Positions 37,669 through 47,085 are shown, counted from the stretch's first letter. The stretch is DNA of 64,000 nt from Paludibacteraceae bacterium (GCA_017547145.1 JAFYQJ010000017.1:57936-121935), one strand, 5' to 3'. Notes: generated by a model not told the origin, from the sequence alone. Numbers and translations: made by a program.

Positions 37669-38397
37669 CTATTTTTTCTTTCTATCGACAACTTTTTTGC
37701 TCAAAGCAATGTTTCGTGCTGCATTCCAGTCGGCGTTAATGCCTTTGTATGTGCCATCTTTTTCTTGCTTGCCTTTCCCTTTTGTGCAATCAGGATTTTT
37801 ACAAATAAATATCGACTGGCTTATACGCTGTCCCTTTTCTCTGTGTCCGCAGAAACTGCAAGTCTGGCTTGTGTGATATGGGTCAATGTATCTTACTTCA
37901 ATTCCCGTAGCATTGGCCTTGTACTCAATCATTGTCTGCAATTCAAAGTACGACCAATAACGAAGAATGAACTTGTAGCCCTCATCCACTTCGTCGTTTT
38001 TGTTTCGACCAAATCCTGTGAGTCGTTCCATCTGAATTACGCCTGCTTTGTTTTTCAGGGCAAACTCAATAATTGATTTGCTAAAAATATGGTTTTGCAA
38101 GTGTACCCAATTTTTCTCCTTGTCTTGCAATCGCTTGAAAGCTTGCAATTTCTGATTCCTACCGTGTCCACCATTGGTAGTGTGGAGTAGGTTGCGTTGC
38201 AACTCCCTCTTTTGAGCCTGCATTCGCATACGCATATTCAGGAATTGCTCGCGTGAGCCGATGCTCATACCGCCATACTCATTGTCGTTGAGTGCTGCAT
38301 AAAGTGGTACGTTGATACCCAAGTCAACACCCACAACCCTCTCGGGGTTGAGATTATTTTGCACCTTTGGAATCTTTACAACCAGCAACAAAAACAT
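37669..38397 (-). CDS. C-terminal part of the Cas12f-like effector: split RuvC nuclease plus zinc-ribbon (TNB) domain
   Basis: VVGVDLGINVP (RuvC-I), GGHGRNQKL, AGVIQMERL (RuvC-II), ILRYWSYFELQTMIEYKA, CSFCGH...CKNPDC, and GINADWNAARNIA (RuvC-III). Confidence 0.8.
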   Translation of the reverse strand: MFLLLVVKIPKVQNNLNPERVVGVDLGINVPLYAALNDNEYGGMSIGSREQFLNMRMRMQAQKRELQRNLLHTTNGGHGRNQKLQAFKRLQDKEKNWVHLQNHIFSKSIIEFALKNKAGVIQMERLTGFGRNKNDEVDEGYKFILRYWSYFELQTMIEYKANATGIEVRYIDPYHTSQTCSFCGHREKGQRISQSIFICKNPDCTKGKGKQEKDGTYKGINADWNAARNIALSKKVVDRKKK

Positions 38398-38412
38398 TTT
38401 GTTATTTTTTGC

Positions 38413-39117
38413 CTAATTACCAACATCGTATTGTCCACTTAAAATACGCTCTACTATTTCACGATTATTACTTCTATCTCTGCCGAAGTTTAAATCCCAC
38501 TCCAGGCCTTTTGGAAATTTAACATAAATGTTATTAGGGTTGTTATCACGTCTGAAAATCCCTAATGTTTTATGCCCTGGACCAATTTTTATTCTGAAGG
38601 GTATAGGCATCCCTTTGCGATAATTTGGAACAGAACATTCTCCCTTTTTTATATCAATGCGTTTTTCGGTGTACTTTGATTTTTCTAAAATTAGACAATC
38701 CAAAATTTCGCCTGGAATCACATCTTTAAACTCTTTTCTAATCGTTTTTAGAATGGTATTGTGTTCTTGTGAAATCCCAAGAAATTCTTTTTTCTGTTCA
38801 GTGAAAAGCTTTTCTAATTCTTTCTTTTCTTGTTTTAGATTGTCTATTTCTTCTTGTGAAAGTTTGTCTCGTTTGCAGTGTTTGAGAATCTTTTCAATTT
38901 CTTGATATCTTGGGTTTGTAGCATACATACGAGATTCATACTCATCATTAAGAAAATAATGAGACATTATGCGGTTTGCTGCTTTATATAAATTGTCGTT
39001 TATCTCATTCCAAATGCGGTACTCTTCTTGGTTGCGAAGATTGGCTTCTTCGCTATCTCCGTGACGATGTAGATGTACCTCAATTTTTCTAGTAATGCAA
39101 GTAAATTCTGTTGCCAT
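38413..39117 (-). CDS. N-terminal part of the Cas12f-like effector (WED/REC-like region with a coiled-coil insertion)
   Basis: 234 aa. KGMPIPFRIKIGPG...IYVKFPKGLEWDLNFGRD...ILSGQYDVGN resembles the wedge strands of Cas14/Cas12f that precede RuvC-I. Confidence 0.6.
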   Translation of the reverse strand: MATEFTCITRKIEVHLHRHGDSEEANLRNQEEYRIWNEINDNLYKAANRIMSHYFLNDEYESRMYATNPRYQEIEKILKHCKRDKLSQEEIDNLKQEKKELEKLFTEQKKEFLGISQEHNTILKTIRKEFKDVIPGEILDCLILEKSKYTEKRIDIKKGECSVPNYRKGMPIPFRIKIGPGHKTLGIFRRDNNPNNIYVKFPKGLEWDLNFGRDRSNNREIVERILSGQYDVGN

Positions 39118-39138
39118 TTTTTTATATGATGAAATAAA

Positions 39139-39243
39139 CTATTTGAAACACATTGTTATACTAACCATAAATAGTATAAAAATACCAACGATAAAGCAGA
39201 TGGCTGCTATTATTTTTAAGGTGTTTTTTTGCTTTTTATCCAT
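39139..39243 (-). CDS. possible 34-aa single-TM peptide upstream of the effector
   Basis: ATG..TAG ORF MDKKQKNTLKIIAAICFIVGIFILFMVSITMCFK. A TAACTTTG box (39278->39271) lies upstream, and the ORF stops 21 nt before the effector ATG. It is below the ORF-track size cutoff. Confidence 0.25.
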   Translation of the reverse strand: MDKKQKNTLKIIAAICFIVGIFILFMVSITMCFK

Positions 39244-39404
39244 ATTGAAATAGTTATTTAGTTTACCCAACAAAGTTAATTTTTTTTATAGATAATGCGA
39301 CTTTTTTTGTTCTGTAATTCTTCGCATAATATTGTGCGTATTTTGGGCTATACCTTCGAAAAGTTTTCCTATTTTTGCAAGATAAAGTGTATGCATACAA
39401 ATAT

Positions 39405-41351
39405 ATGAAAGGGAAAATAAGTCATTTAATAGAAAGTATCAGGAGTTGGAAATATCTACCTCGCTGGGGAGTGTTGGTAATAGATTTATTTATTACGCTA
39501 TTTTCGTTCTTTTTGGTCTATTATTTGTGTTTAAGACCATTTTCGGTGAATTTTATTAACTTGTTTTCATTGAATTATCAGTCTATTGGGCTTTTCCCCG
39601 ATTTGCTGATAGTGATGTTGGTGCAAGTAATAAGTTTTATTTGTTTTCGTACATATTCGGGCATTTTACGCTACTCGGCATATATAGATGCATTGAAGTT
39701 GCTCTTGTCGGTGGCATTTACAATGGCATCGTTGTTTTTGGTGCATGGGCTTTCTGTTATCTACAATGAATTTAATCCGTCGTTTCCTCCTCTTTTCTTG
39801 ACATTAGAAATTTTGTTGTTTTCGTTGCTGAATTTTGTGTTTTTGTTTTCGGTACGATTGGTTGTGAAATTGCTTTTCGAACGTTTGGAGTTGGAGTCTG
39901 GGCCTTACAAAAATGTGATGATTTATGGAGCAAAGCAAGCTGGTGTTGCTATTGCAAAATCGTTGAAAATGACGCCTAACAAATATAATTTAGTAGGGTT
40001 TATAGATGATGATAATAATCACGTTCAGTTGATGGGCGTTAAAGTTTATTCGTTTGACAACGTTGAATCGATTTTAGCATATAAAAAGGTGAAAGCAGTG
40101 ATTGTTTCACCATTGAAAATGCAAGAAAAGAATATAACAAAGTCGTTGGAGTTTTTATTGGAACGAGGCGTTCAGGTGCTTACAACTTCTATTTTGTCGG
40201 AATATAATCAAGGTGCAAAAGTAGATGTCCGCTCAATAAAAAATATTCAGATAGAAGATTTGTTAGAACGTAAAGAAATAAAAATAGACAAGCAGGAAAT
40301 TTCGGCACAATTAAAGGATAAAACAATTTTGATAACGGGTTCGGCAGGTTCAATTGGTAGCGAAATCGTTCGTCAAGTTGCACGTTTTGAGCCAAAACTG
40401 ATAATTGTGCTTGACCAATCTGAAACAGCGTTGTTTGATATTAAAAATGAAATTAAGCAAACATTTGAAAATGTGAGTTTTGTCCCATTTTTGGCTGATA
40501 TTCGTAATCAGGAGCGAATGGAGTATGTTGTAAAAACATATCGTCCAGATATTATTTATCATGCAGCAGCATACAAGCATGTGCCAATGTTGGAAGATAA
40601 TCCTGTAGAGGCAGTACAAACCAATGTGCTAGGTACAAAAAATATAGCTGATTTGGCAGTGAAATACAATGTTTCAAAATTTGTGATGATTTCAACCGAT
40701 AAGGCTGTGAATCCTGCTAATATAATGGGTGCATCGAAACGTATCGCAGAAATTTATGTGCAATCTTATTTCAAGAAATTACAACGAGAAGGGAATGTGA
40801 TTACCAATTTTATAACGACACGTTTTGGCAATGTGCTTGGATCAAATGGCTCTGTAATACCAATTTTTAAGCGTCAAATAGAAGAGGGAGGACCAGTAAA
40901 GGTAACTCACCCTGATATAATTCGTTATTTTATGACTATACCTGAAGCTTGTAATTTGGTGTTGGAAGCAAGTACAATAGGTAAGGGTGGAGAGATTTTT
41001 ATTTTCGACATGGGAGTGCCTGTTAAAATCGATGATTTAGCAAAGAAAATGATTCGTTTGGCTGGATATACGCCTAATGTTGATATAAAGGTAGAATATA
41101 CGGGATTGCGTCCGGGCGAAAAACTGTATGAAGAATTGTTGAATGTGAAGGAGATAACCAAAGAAACTTCGCATGAAAAAATTATGATTGCCAATGTACA
41201 AGAATATGATTATGACGTAATCTCGAAAGAAATAAATACACTAATTGGATTAAGTCGAGAGTTTAATGATTTTCCTATAGTGGCAAAAATGAAAGAAATA
41301 GTACCTGAATTTAGAAGCAAAAATTCAGTTTACGAAAGTTTAGATAAGTAA
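39405..41351 (+). CDS. CapD/PglF/WbpM-like membrane-anchored NDP-sugar 4,6-dehydratase (polysaccharide biosynthesis)
   Basis: N-terminal TM segments, Rossmann motif ITGSAGSIGSE, and YKHVP/STDKAV catalytic region. The track start 39375 (TTG) overlaps the TATTTTTG promoter box, so ATG 39405 is preferred. Confidence 0.85.
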   Translation: MKGKISHLIESIRSWKYLPRWGVLVIDLFITLFSFFLVYYLCLRPFSVNFINLFSLNYQSIGLFPDLLIVMLVQVISFICFRTYSGILRYSAYIDALKLLLSVAFTMASLFLVHGLSVIYNEFNPSFPPLFLTLEILLFSLLNFVFLFSVRLVVKLLFERLELESGPYKNVMIYGAKQAGVAIAKSLKMTPNKYNLVGFIDDDNNHVQLMGVKVYSFDNVESILAYKKVKAVIVSPLKMQEKNITKSLEFLLERGVQVLTTSILSEYNQGAKVDVRSIKNIQIEDLLERKEIKIDKQEISAQLKDKTILITGSAGSIGSEIVRQVARFEPKLIIVLDQSETALFDIKNEIKQTFENVSFVPFLADIRNQERMEYVVKTYRPDIIYHAAAYKHVPMLEDNPVEAVQTNVLGTKNIADLAVKYNVSKFVMISTDKAVNPANIMGASKRIAEIYVQSYFKKLQREGNVITNFITTRFGNVLGSNGSVIPIFKRQIEEGGPVKVTHPDIIRYFMTIPEACNLVLEASTIGKGGEIFIFDMGVPVKIDDLAKKMIRLAGYTPNVDIKVEYTGLRPGEKLYEELLNVKEITKETSHEKIMIANVQEYDYDVISKEINTLIGLSREFNDFPIVAKMKEIVPEFRSKNSVYESLDK

Positions 41352-41362
41352 TAGTATAGAAG

Positions 41363-43057
41363 ATGAAGGAAGTAAATTGCGAAAATGTAGAGCCAAAAAA
41401 GAGTTTGAATTTTATTGAGCAAATAGTAGAAAATGACTTGCGTGAAGGTTTAAATGATGGTCGTATACAGACACGTTTCCCACCAGAACCAAATGGATAT
41501 TTGCACATTGGTCATGCTAAAGCTATTTGTATGGATTTTGGTATTGCCGAAAAGTATAATGGTGTATGTAATTTGCGTTTTGATGATACTAACCCTGTAA
41601 AAGAAGATGTTGAATATGTAGATTCTATACAAGAAGATATAAAATGGTTGGGTTTTCAGTGGAATAAATTATTTTATGCTTCAGATTATTTTCAGCAATT
41701 GCACGATTTGGCAATTCGTTTCATAAAAGAGGGAAAGGCTTATGTTGATGAGCAATCTGCAGAGGTTATTGCTCAACAAAAAGGGACTCCTACACAGGCT
41801 GGCGTTGAGAGTCCATATCGCAATCGTCCGATAGAAGAGAATTTACAACTTTTCGATCAGATGACAAAAGGGTTAATCCCTGATGGAAAAATGGTTTTGC
41901 GTGCAAAAATCGATATGGGGCATAGTAATATGCACTTCAGAGATCCTATTATGTATCGAATCATTACAACGCATCCACATCATCGTACGGGAACACAATG
42001 GAAAGTATATCCAATGTACGATTTTGCTCATGGTCAAAGTGATTATTTTGAGGGAGTTACACATTCTATTTGTACGTTAGAGTTTGAGGTGCATCGTCCT
42101 CTTTACGATTGGTATTTGGATCAATTTGTATCGGAAAACTATCGCCCAAAACAAAGAGAGTTCAATCGATTGAACTTGAATTATACCGTGATGAGTAAGC
42201 GAAAAATGTTGCAATTGGTACAAGAAGGTTTAGTTGCAGGTTGGGACGATCCGCGTATGCCAACTATTTGTGGGTTGCGTAGAAGAGGTTATACGCCTGA
42301 GTCTATTCGTAGTTTCATAGATAAAATTGGTTATACGAAGGTGGAAGGAACTATAGATGTTTCTTTGTTGGAGCATTCTATTCGAGAAGATTTGAAACCT
42401 AAAGCTGCTCGTGTATGTGCCATAATGGATCCTATAAAATTGGTGATTACAAATTACGAAGAAAATAAAAAAGAGATACTATTTTCTGAAAATAATCCAG
42501 AAGATGAGACATTAGGAACACGAGAAATGCTTTTTGGACGAGAGTTGTATATCGAGCGTGCAGATTTTATGGAAAATGCTTCAAAAGATTTCTTCCGTTT
42601 GTCGCCAATGGGACGTGAAGTTCGTCTGAAAAGTGCATATATAGTGCAAGCAACAGGTTGCAAGAAAGATGAAAATGGTACAGTTGTAGAAGTGTATTGC
42701 ACTTATGACCCAAATACAAAAAGTGGAACAGAAGGTGGAAATAGAAAAGTGAAAAGTACAATAAATTGGGTAGAAGTAGATAGTGCTATTGATGCAGAAG
42801 TTCGTCTTTATGACCGTTTATTCTCTGTAGAAGACCCATCGTCATCTGACGAAGATTTTCGTGATTTATTAAATCCTGATTCTTTGAAAATTGTAGAAAA
42901 TTGTAAGGTAGAGGCTTGGTTGAAAGATGTGAAACCATTGGATCATTTCCAATTCCTTAAAATTGGCTATTTTACAGTTGATGCAGATTCTTCTGAAGAG
43001 AGGTTGGTATTTAATAGAACAGTTTCATTGAAAGACACTTGGGCAAAAAAAGTTTAA
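41363..43057 (+). CDS. glnS: glutamine--tRNA ligase
   Basis: HIGH motif PEPNGYLHIGHAK and KMSKS-type VMSKR. Class I GlnRS length and C-terminal beta-barrels. Confidence 0.93.
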   Translation: MKEVNCENVEPKKSLNFIEQIVENDLREGLNDGRIQTRFPPEPNGYLHIGHAKAICMDFGIAEKYNGVCNLRFDDTNPVKEDVEYVDSIQEDIKWLGFQWNKLFYASDYFQQLHDLAIRFIKEGKAYVDEQSAEVIAQQKGTPTQAGVESPYRNRPIEENLQLFDQMTKGLIPDGKMVLRAKIDMGHSNMHFRDPIMYRIITTHPHHRTGTQWKVYPMYDFAHGQSDYFEGVTHSICTLEFEVHRPLYDWYLDQFVSENYRPKQREFNRLNLNYTVMSKRKMLQLVQEGLVAGWDDPRMPTICGLRRRGYTPESIRSFIDKIGYTKVEGTIDVSLLEHSIREDLKPKAARVCAIMDPIKLVITNYEENKKEILFSENNPEDETLGTREMLFGRELYIERADFMENASKDFFRLSPMGREVRLKSAYIVQATGCKKDENGTVVEVYCTYDPNTKSGTEGGNRKVKSTINWVEVDSAIDAEVRLYDRLFSVEDPSSSDEDFRDLLNPDSLKIVENCKVEAWLKDVKPLDHFQFLKIGYFTVDADSSEERLVFNRTVSLKDTWAKKV

Positions 43058-43061
43058 AAAT

Positions 43062-43772
43062 ATGAATATGTATAAAAGAATTTTATTGAAACTCAGCGGT
43101 GAATCGCTAATGGGTGAAAAAAAATATGGAATTGATGAAAACCGTTTGTCTGATTATGCTAATCAAATTGCAGAAATGGTAAAAGCAGGCATTCAAATTG
43201 GTATTGTGATTGGTGGCGGAAATATATTTCGCGGTTTGAGTGGAGCAAATAAAGGTTTTGATAGAATTAAAGGAGACCAAATGGGAATGTTGGCAACGGT
43301 TATTAATAGTTTAGCTTTGAGCTCTGCATTGAGTAGTGTTGGTATTAAAAATCGCGTGTTGACAGCTGTTCGAATGGAACCAATAGGAGAATTTTTCAGT
43401 CGTGATAAAGCCATCGAATTGTTAGAAGCTGGTTACGTTGTTATTTTTTCTGCAGGAACAGGCAATCCATTTTTTACAACAGACACAGGTGCATCGTTGC
43501 GTGCTATTGAAATCAATGCAGATGTAATGTTAAAGGGGACTCGTGTAGATGGTATTTATACTGCTGATCCAGAAAAAGATGCTTCGGCTACTAAATTTGA
43601 TGAAATCACTTTTGACGAAATTTACAATAAAGGATTAAAAGTGATGGATTTGACAGCTACAACAATGTGTAAGGAAAATAATTTGCCTATAATCGTTTTT
43701 GATATGGATACAGTAGGTAACTTACGAAAAGTTTTGAATGGTGAAAACATAGGAACTTTAGTGCATAATTGA
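43062..43772 (+). CDS. pyrH: UMP kinase
   Basis: KRILLKLSGE, GGGNIFRG, and the pyrH-frr gene order. Confidence 0.93.
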   Translation: MNMYKRILLKLSGESLMGEKKYGIDENRLSDYANQIAEMVKAGIQIGIVIGGGNIFRGLSGANKGFDRIKGDQMGMLATVINSLALSSALSSVGIKNRVLTAVRMEPIGEFFSRDKAIELLEAGYVVIFSAGTGNPFFTTDTGASLRAIEINADVMLKGTRVDGIYTADPEKDASATKFDEITFDEIYNKGLKVMDLTATTMCKENNLPIIVFDMDTVGNLRKVLNGENIGTLVHN

Positions 43773-43813
43773 TGATTTGTATTATTTTTGTGAAAATTAA
43801 AATATAAAAAAAT

Positions 43814-44377
43814 ATGGATGAAACTATAAAATTATATTTGGACATGGCTGAAGATAGCATGACCAATTCTATTCGTTTTTTAGATGAGGCATTGGCACAT
43901 ATTCGTGCAGGTAAAGCTAATGTTCGAATTTTAGACGGAGTGCGTGTTGATTACTATGGAACAATGTCGCCACTTTCGAGTGTTGCTACAGTAACTACCC
44001 CAGATGCAAAAACTATATTGATTCAACCTTGGGAAAAATCTATGTTGAGTGTTATAGAGAAGGCAATTTTAGATTCGTCGGTAGGAATTACACCTGCTAA
44101 CAATGGAGAGTCGATACGTTTGTGTATGCCTCCAGTTACAGAAGAGCGTCGTAGAGCTTTAGTAAAAAATTCAAATCAAGCAGGTGAAGATGCTAAAATA
44201 GGTGTGCGAACAGCTCGTCGTGAGGCAATAGATTCTTTGAAAAAAGAGTTGAAAAATGGTATGCCAGAAGATTTGGAAAAGGATGGCGAAGCAGAAGTTC
44301 AAAAATTGCACGACAAGTTTATAGCAAAAATCGAAGCTATGTTGGCAGAGAAAGAAAAAGAAATAATGACTGTTTAG
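43814..44377 (+). CDS. frr: ribosome recycling factor
   Basis: 187 aa. LAHIRAGKANVRILDGVRVDYYG...PPVTEERRR signature. Confidence 0.93.
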   Translation: MDETIKLYLDMAEDSMTNSIRFLDEALAHIRAGKANVRILDGVRVDYYGTMSPLSSVATVTTPDAKTILIQPWEKSMLSVIEKAILDSSVGITPANNGESIRLCMPPVTEERRRALVKNSNQAGEDAKIGVRTARREAIDSLKKELKNGMPEDLEKDGEAEVQKLHDKFIAKIEAMLAEKEKEIMTV

Positions 44378-44441
44378 AAATAATCTAATTTTTATATACC
44401 TTCCTTTTGTCGTTGTATGAAGGGAAGGTTTTTGTTTTATT

Positions 44442-45548
44442 TTGAGAAAATTTTTTGCTTTCATAATATTATGTTTGCCTTTGGTTGTATATGCCGAGGG
44501 TAATATGGTTGCTGTTTCTGATACATTATCAAAGCAAAAGCATACTTTTTATGTTGTCCCAACAGTAGAATATTTACCAGAAACTAATTGGGCATTTGGG
44601 CTAACTGGAGCAAATTATTTTGCTTTTACCGATATAAGAAAGGTTAGTAGTCTTTCTTATAGTTTTAGTTATTCTCTATCGCATCATTATTCAGTTGATG
44701 TTTATCCAAAAATTTATTTTGGGCGTTGGTATTTATATGCAAATACGTCGTATAAGCATAAAACAGATATTTTTTATGGAATAGGTAATAGAGTCACTGA
44801 TTCAGATGTCGCACTTCCTTATGTATCAGATATTTTTTCTTTGAATATTCAACCTCAATATTTTATAAATAAATATTGGAGTGTAGGAGGAGCGTTGTCT
44901 ATGCATTATGAGAAAATGCAGAAAACACCAAAACTCGATTCTTTGATGTTGGCAAGAGATATTGCTGGAGGAAAACCTTATTTTGTGTGGAGTATAGGTG
45001 CGGTTGTGAGTTATGATTCGCGCGATAATTTATTTTATCCTCAAAAGGGAATGTTTTTTAAGTCATTGTTGACTTATTCCGAACCATATTTAGGTAGTGC
45101 TGTTCGTATGGGGAGGTTTAATACTGAATTTAGACATTTTGTTCCTATTTATAATGAATTCCTTTTTGCTTGGCAGGTATCAGCTGATATGGTATGGGGA
45201 AAATCAGTCCCATTTCAGTTGTTACCGACGTTTGGAGGTTGTGATTTAATGAGAGGTTTTAGGAAAGGACGTTGGCGTGATGATGTTGCTTTAGCATTAC
45301 AAGCAGAATTTAGAATGCCTATTTATTGGCGGTTGAAAGCTGCTGTTTTTGGTAGTGTTGGCGATGTTTATAATTGGAAACATTGGCAATTTACGATGCC
45401 AAAGTTCGCCTATGGTGTTGGCTTAAGGCTACGTTTTAATAAGGCAAAGGTTAATCTTCGCTTTGATATAGCTCGTACCAATTATGGTAATTGGCGGAGC
45501 TTCAAAGAAAATTGGAATTTTTATTTTACAGCTTCCGAGGCGTTTTAA
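44442..45548 (+). CDS. outer-membrane beta-barrel protein with bacterial surface antigen (Omp85-like) domain
   Basis: Signal peptide (TTG start), alternating beta-strand pattern, GGCDLMRGF, and a C-terminal aromatic residue (F). Confidence 0.55.
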   Translation: MRKFFAFIILCLPLVVYAEGNMVAVSDTLSKQKHTFYVVPTVEYLPETNWAFGLTGANYFAFTDIRKVSSLSYSFSYSLSHHYSVDVYPKIYFGRWYLYANTSYKHKTDIFYGIGNRVTDSDVALPYVSDIFSLNIQPQYFINKYWSVGGALSMHYEKMQKTPKLDSLMLARDIAGGKPYFVWSIGAVVSYDSRDNLFYPQKGMFFKSLLTYSEPYLGSAVRMGRFNTEFRHFVPIYNEFLFAWQVSADMVWGKSVPFQLLPTFGGCDLMRGFRKGRWRDDVALALQAEFRMPIYWRLKAAVFGSVGDVYNWKHWQFTMPKFAYGVGLRLRFNKAKVNLRFDIARTNYGNWRSFKENWNFYFTASEAF

Positions 45549-45550
45549 TA

Positions 45551-45581
45551 AAAAAAGGAACTTTAAAAAGTTCCTTTTTTT
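45551..45581. terminator. bidirectional intrinsic terminator between convergent genes
   Basis: aaaaaaggaacttt-aaa-aagttcctttttt. Confidence 0.65.
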
Positions 45582-45583
45582 AT

Positions 45584-46564
45584 TTATTTCTTTTGTTGTT
45601 GCGGTTTGCCTATTGCTTCGCGCATTGTGGTGTCGGCCTCAATATTTTTCATTCTATAATAATCCATGATTCCTAGATTTCCATTACGGAAAGCCTCTGC
45701 CATTGCTTTAGGCACTTCAGCTTCTGCTTGAATAACATTTGCACGAGCTTCTTGTGCTTTAGCTTTCATTTCTTGTTCTTCTGCAACTGCCATAGCACGA
45801 CGTTCTTCTGCTTTTGCTTGTGCAATGTTTTTGTCGGCATTAGCTTGGTCCATTTGTAGTTGAGCACCAATGTTTTTACCAACATCTACATCGGCAATAT
45901 CAATTGATAAAATTTCGAAAGCAGTACCTGCATCTAACCCTTTTCGAAGTACAAGTTTTGAAATAGAGTCAGGATTCTCTAATACAAGTTTGTGCGACTC
46001 TGATGAACCAATAGACGAAACAATTCCTTCGCCAACACGTGCAAGAATAGTTTCTTCGCCAGCACCACCCACTAGTTGTTTGATGTTAGCACGAACGGTA
46101 ACACGAGCTTTTGCTAAGAGTTGTATACCATCTTTTGCAACAGAAGACACTGTAGGAGTATCAATAACTTTTGGGTTTACAGACATTTGAACAGCTTGAA
46201 AAACATCTCTACCTGCCAAATCAATAGCAGTTGCCATTTGAAATGTCAAATCGATGTTAGCTTTTGATGCCGAAACCAATGCGTGAACCACGCGTTCTAC
46301 ATGTCCACCTGCTAAATAATGTGCTTCAAGGTCGTCTCTTTTTATTTCGCGGAGTCCAGCTTTGTGTGCTTCGATAAGTGCACGTACAATAATTGTAGGC
46401 GGCACTTTTCTTATTCGCATTAAAAACAATTGAAGTAACGAAATGTTAACGCCAGAAACTTTTGCCGAAATCCATAGTAGAAATGGAACATAATAAAGAA
46501 AAATAATCAGTAGGACAATTAAAAATATGAGTCCTACAACTCCTAAACTTGATAATAGTACCAT
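45584..46564 (-). CDS. floA: flotillin-like protein FloA (SPFH domain, UPF0365 family)
   Basis: N-terminal [27 protein letters not shown], and an Ala/Glu-rich C-terminal helix. Confidence 0.85.
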   Translation of the reverse strand: MVLLSSLGVVGLIFLIVLLIIFLYYVPFLLWISAKVSGVNISLLQLFLMRIRKVPPTIIVRALIEAHKAGLREIKRDDLEAHYLAGGHVERVVHALVSASKANIDLTFQMATAIDLAGRDVFQAVQMSVNPKVIDTPTVSSVAKDGIQLLAKARVTVRANIKQLVGGAGEETILARVGEGIVSSIGSSESHKLVLENPDSISKLVLRKGLDAGTAFEILSIDIADVDVGKNIGAQLQMDQANADKNIAQAKAEERRAMAVAEEQEMKAKAQEARANVIQAEAEVPKAMAEAFRNGNLGIMDYYRMKNIEADTTMREAIGKPQQQKK

Positions 46565-46581
46565 AATAATTAGTTTTTAAG

Positions 46582-47046
46582 TTATATTGAACGAACTATG
46601 ATTGTATTAAATTCTACTGCTGTTACTTCTACTGTAGTGCCTTGGTCTATAAAGTCGCTTATAGTTTTAGCCTCTACACGATTACCATTTATTTCTATTG
46701 TGCCAATAGGTGCTAAACGAGAAATTGCTATACCTTTATCGCCTTTTTGTATAGTTATGTTTTGTAAAGGTTCTATTTTGCTGTCGATTTCGGAGTGTAA
46801 TGATATTCTGTCAATAGTTTTAGAACGGAAAAAATACCAAATCGAGAATCCTAAAATTATTAACCCAATCAATAGTGCAATGAAACCAGCCATTGGGCTA
46901 ATTTCTATAAATGCGTAACAAACTGAACCTGCTACAAAAACTCCTCCTGCAACTCCTGCTATTGATATACCAGGGAAGAAAAATATTTCCAAAAGGAAGA
47001 AAAATATTCCTGCTAGCATTAGGCAAACAACTATGATGATATCCAT
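46582..47046 (-). CDS. NfeD-family membrane protein (partner of FloA)
   Basis: Three TM segments plus a C-terminal OB-like GTIEINGNRVEAKT...VEVTAVE. ATG 47046 preferred over TTG 47079. Confidence 0.7.
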   Translation of the reverse strand: MDIIIVVCLMLAGIFFFLLEIFFFPGISIAGVAGGVFVAGSVCYAFIEISPMAGFIALLIGLIILGFSIWYFFRSKTIDRISLHSEIDSKIEPLQNITIQKGDKGIAISRLAPIGTIEINGNRVEAKTISDFIDQGTTVEVTAVEFNTIIVRSI

Positions 47047-47085
47047 GATAATAAAGTTTAATTTTTTGTAAAAATACAATTTATT

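Larger units (their letters stand above)
37669..39117 (-). pseudogene. Cas12f/Cas14-like miniature type V effector (TnpB-derived), ~482 codons interrupted by a single in-frame TAG at 38413-38415
   Basis: The two ORFs are in the same frame, separated by TAG plus 5 sense codons. The intact RuvC D/E/D motifs and the zinc ribbon are described under the C-terminal part (37669-38397). Confidence 0.75.

Noticed and set aside
38413-38415. Genome-wide reassignment of TAG (stop-codon recoding) as the explanation for the in-frame amber in the Cas12f-like gene
   Set aside because: TAG clearly terminates well-conserved genes at their expected ends in this window (dpp4, cas1, rlmD and the effector's own C-terminus).
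37669-39117. An ordinary IS200/IS605 TnpB transposon copy
   Set aside because: There is no tnpA, and I could not find terminal hairpin/LE-RE structure bracketing the gene. The gene is followed by a periodic repeat-spacer array rather than a single right-end guide. A homology search is still needed to exclude this formally.
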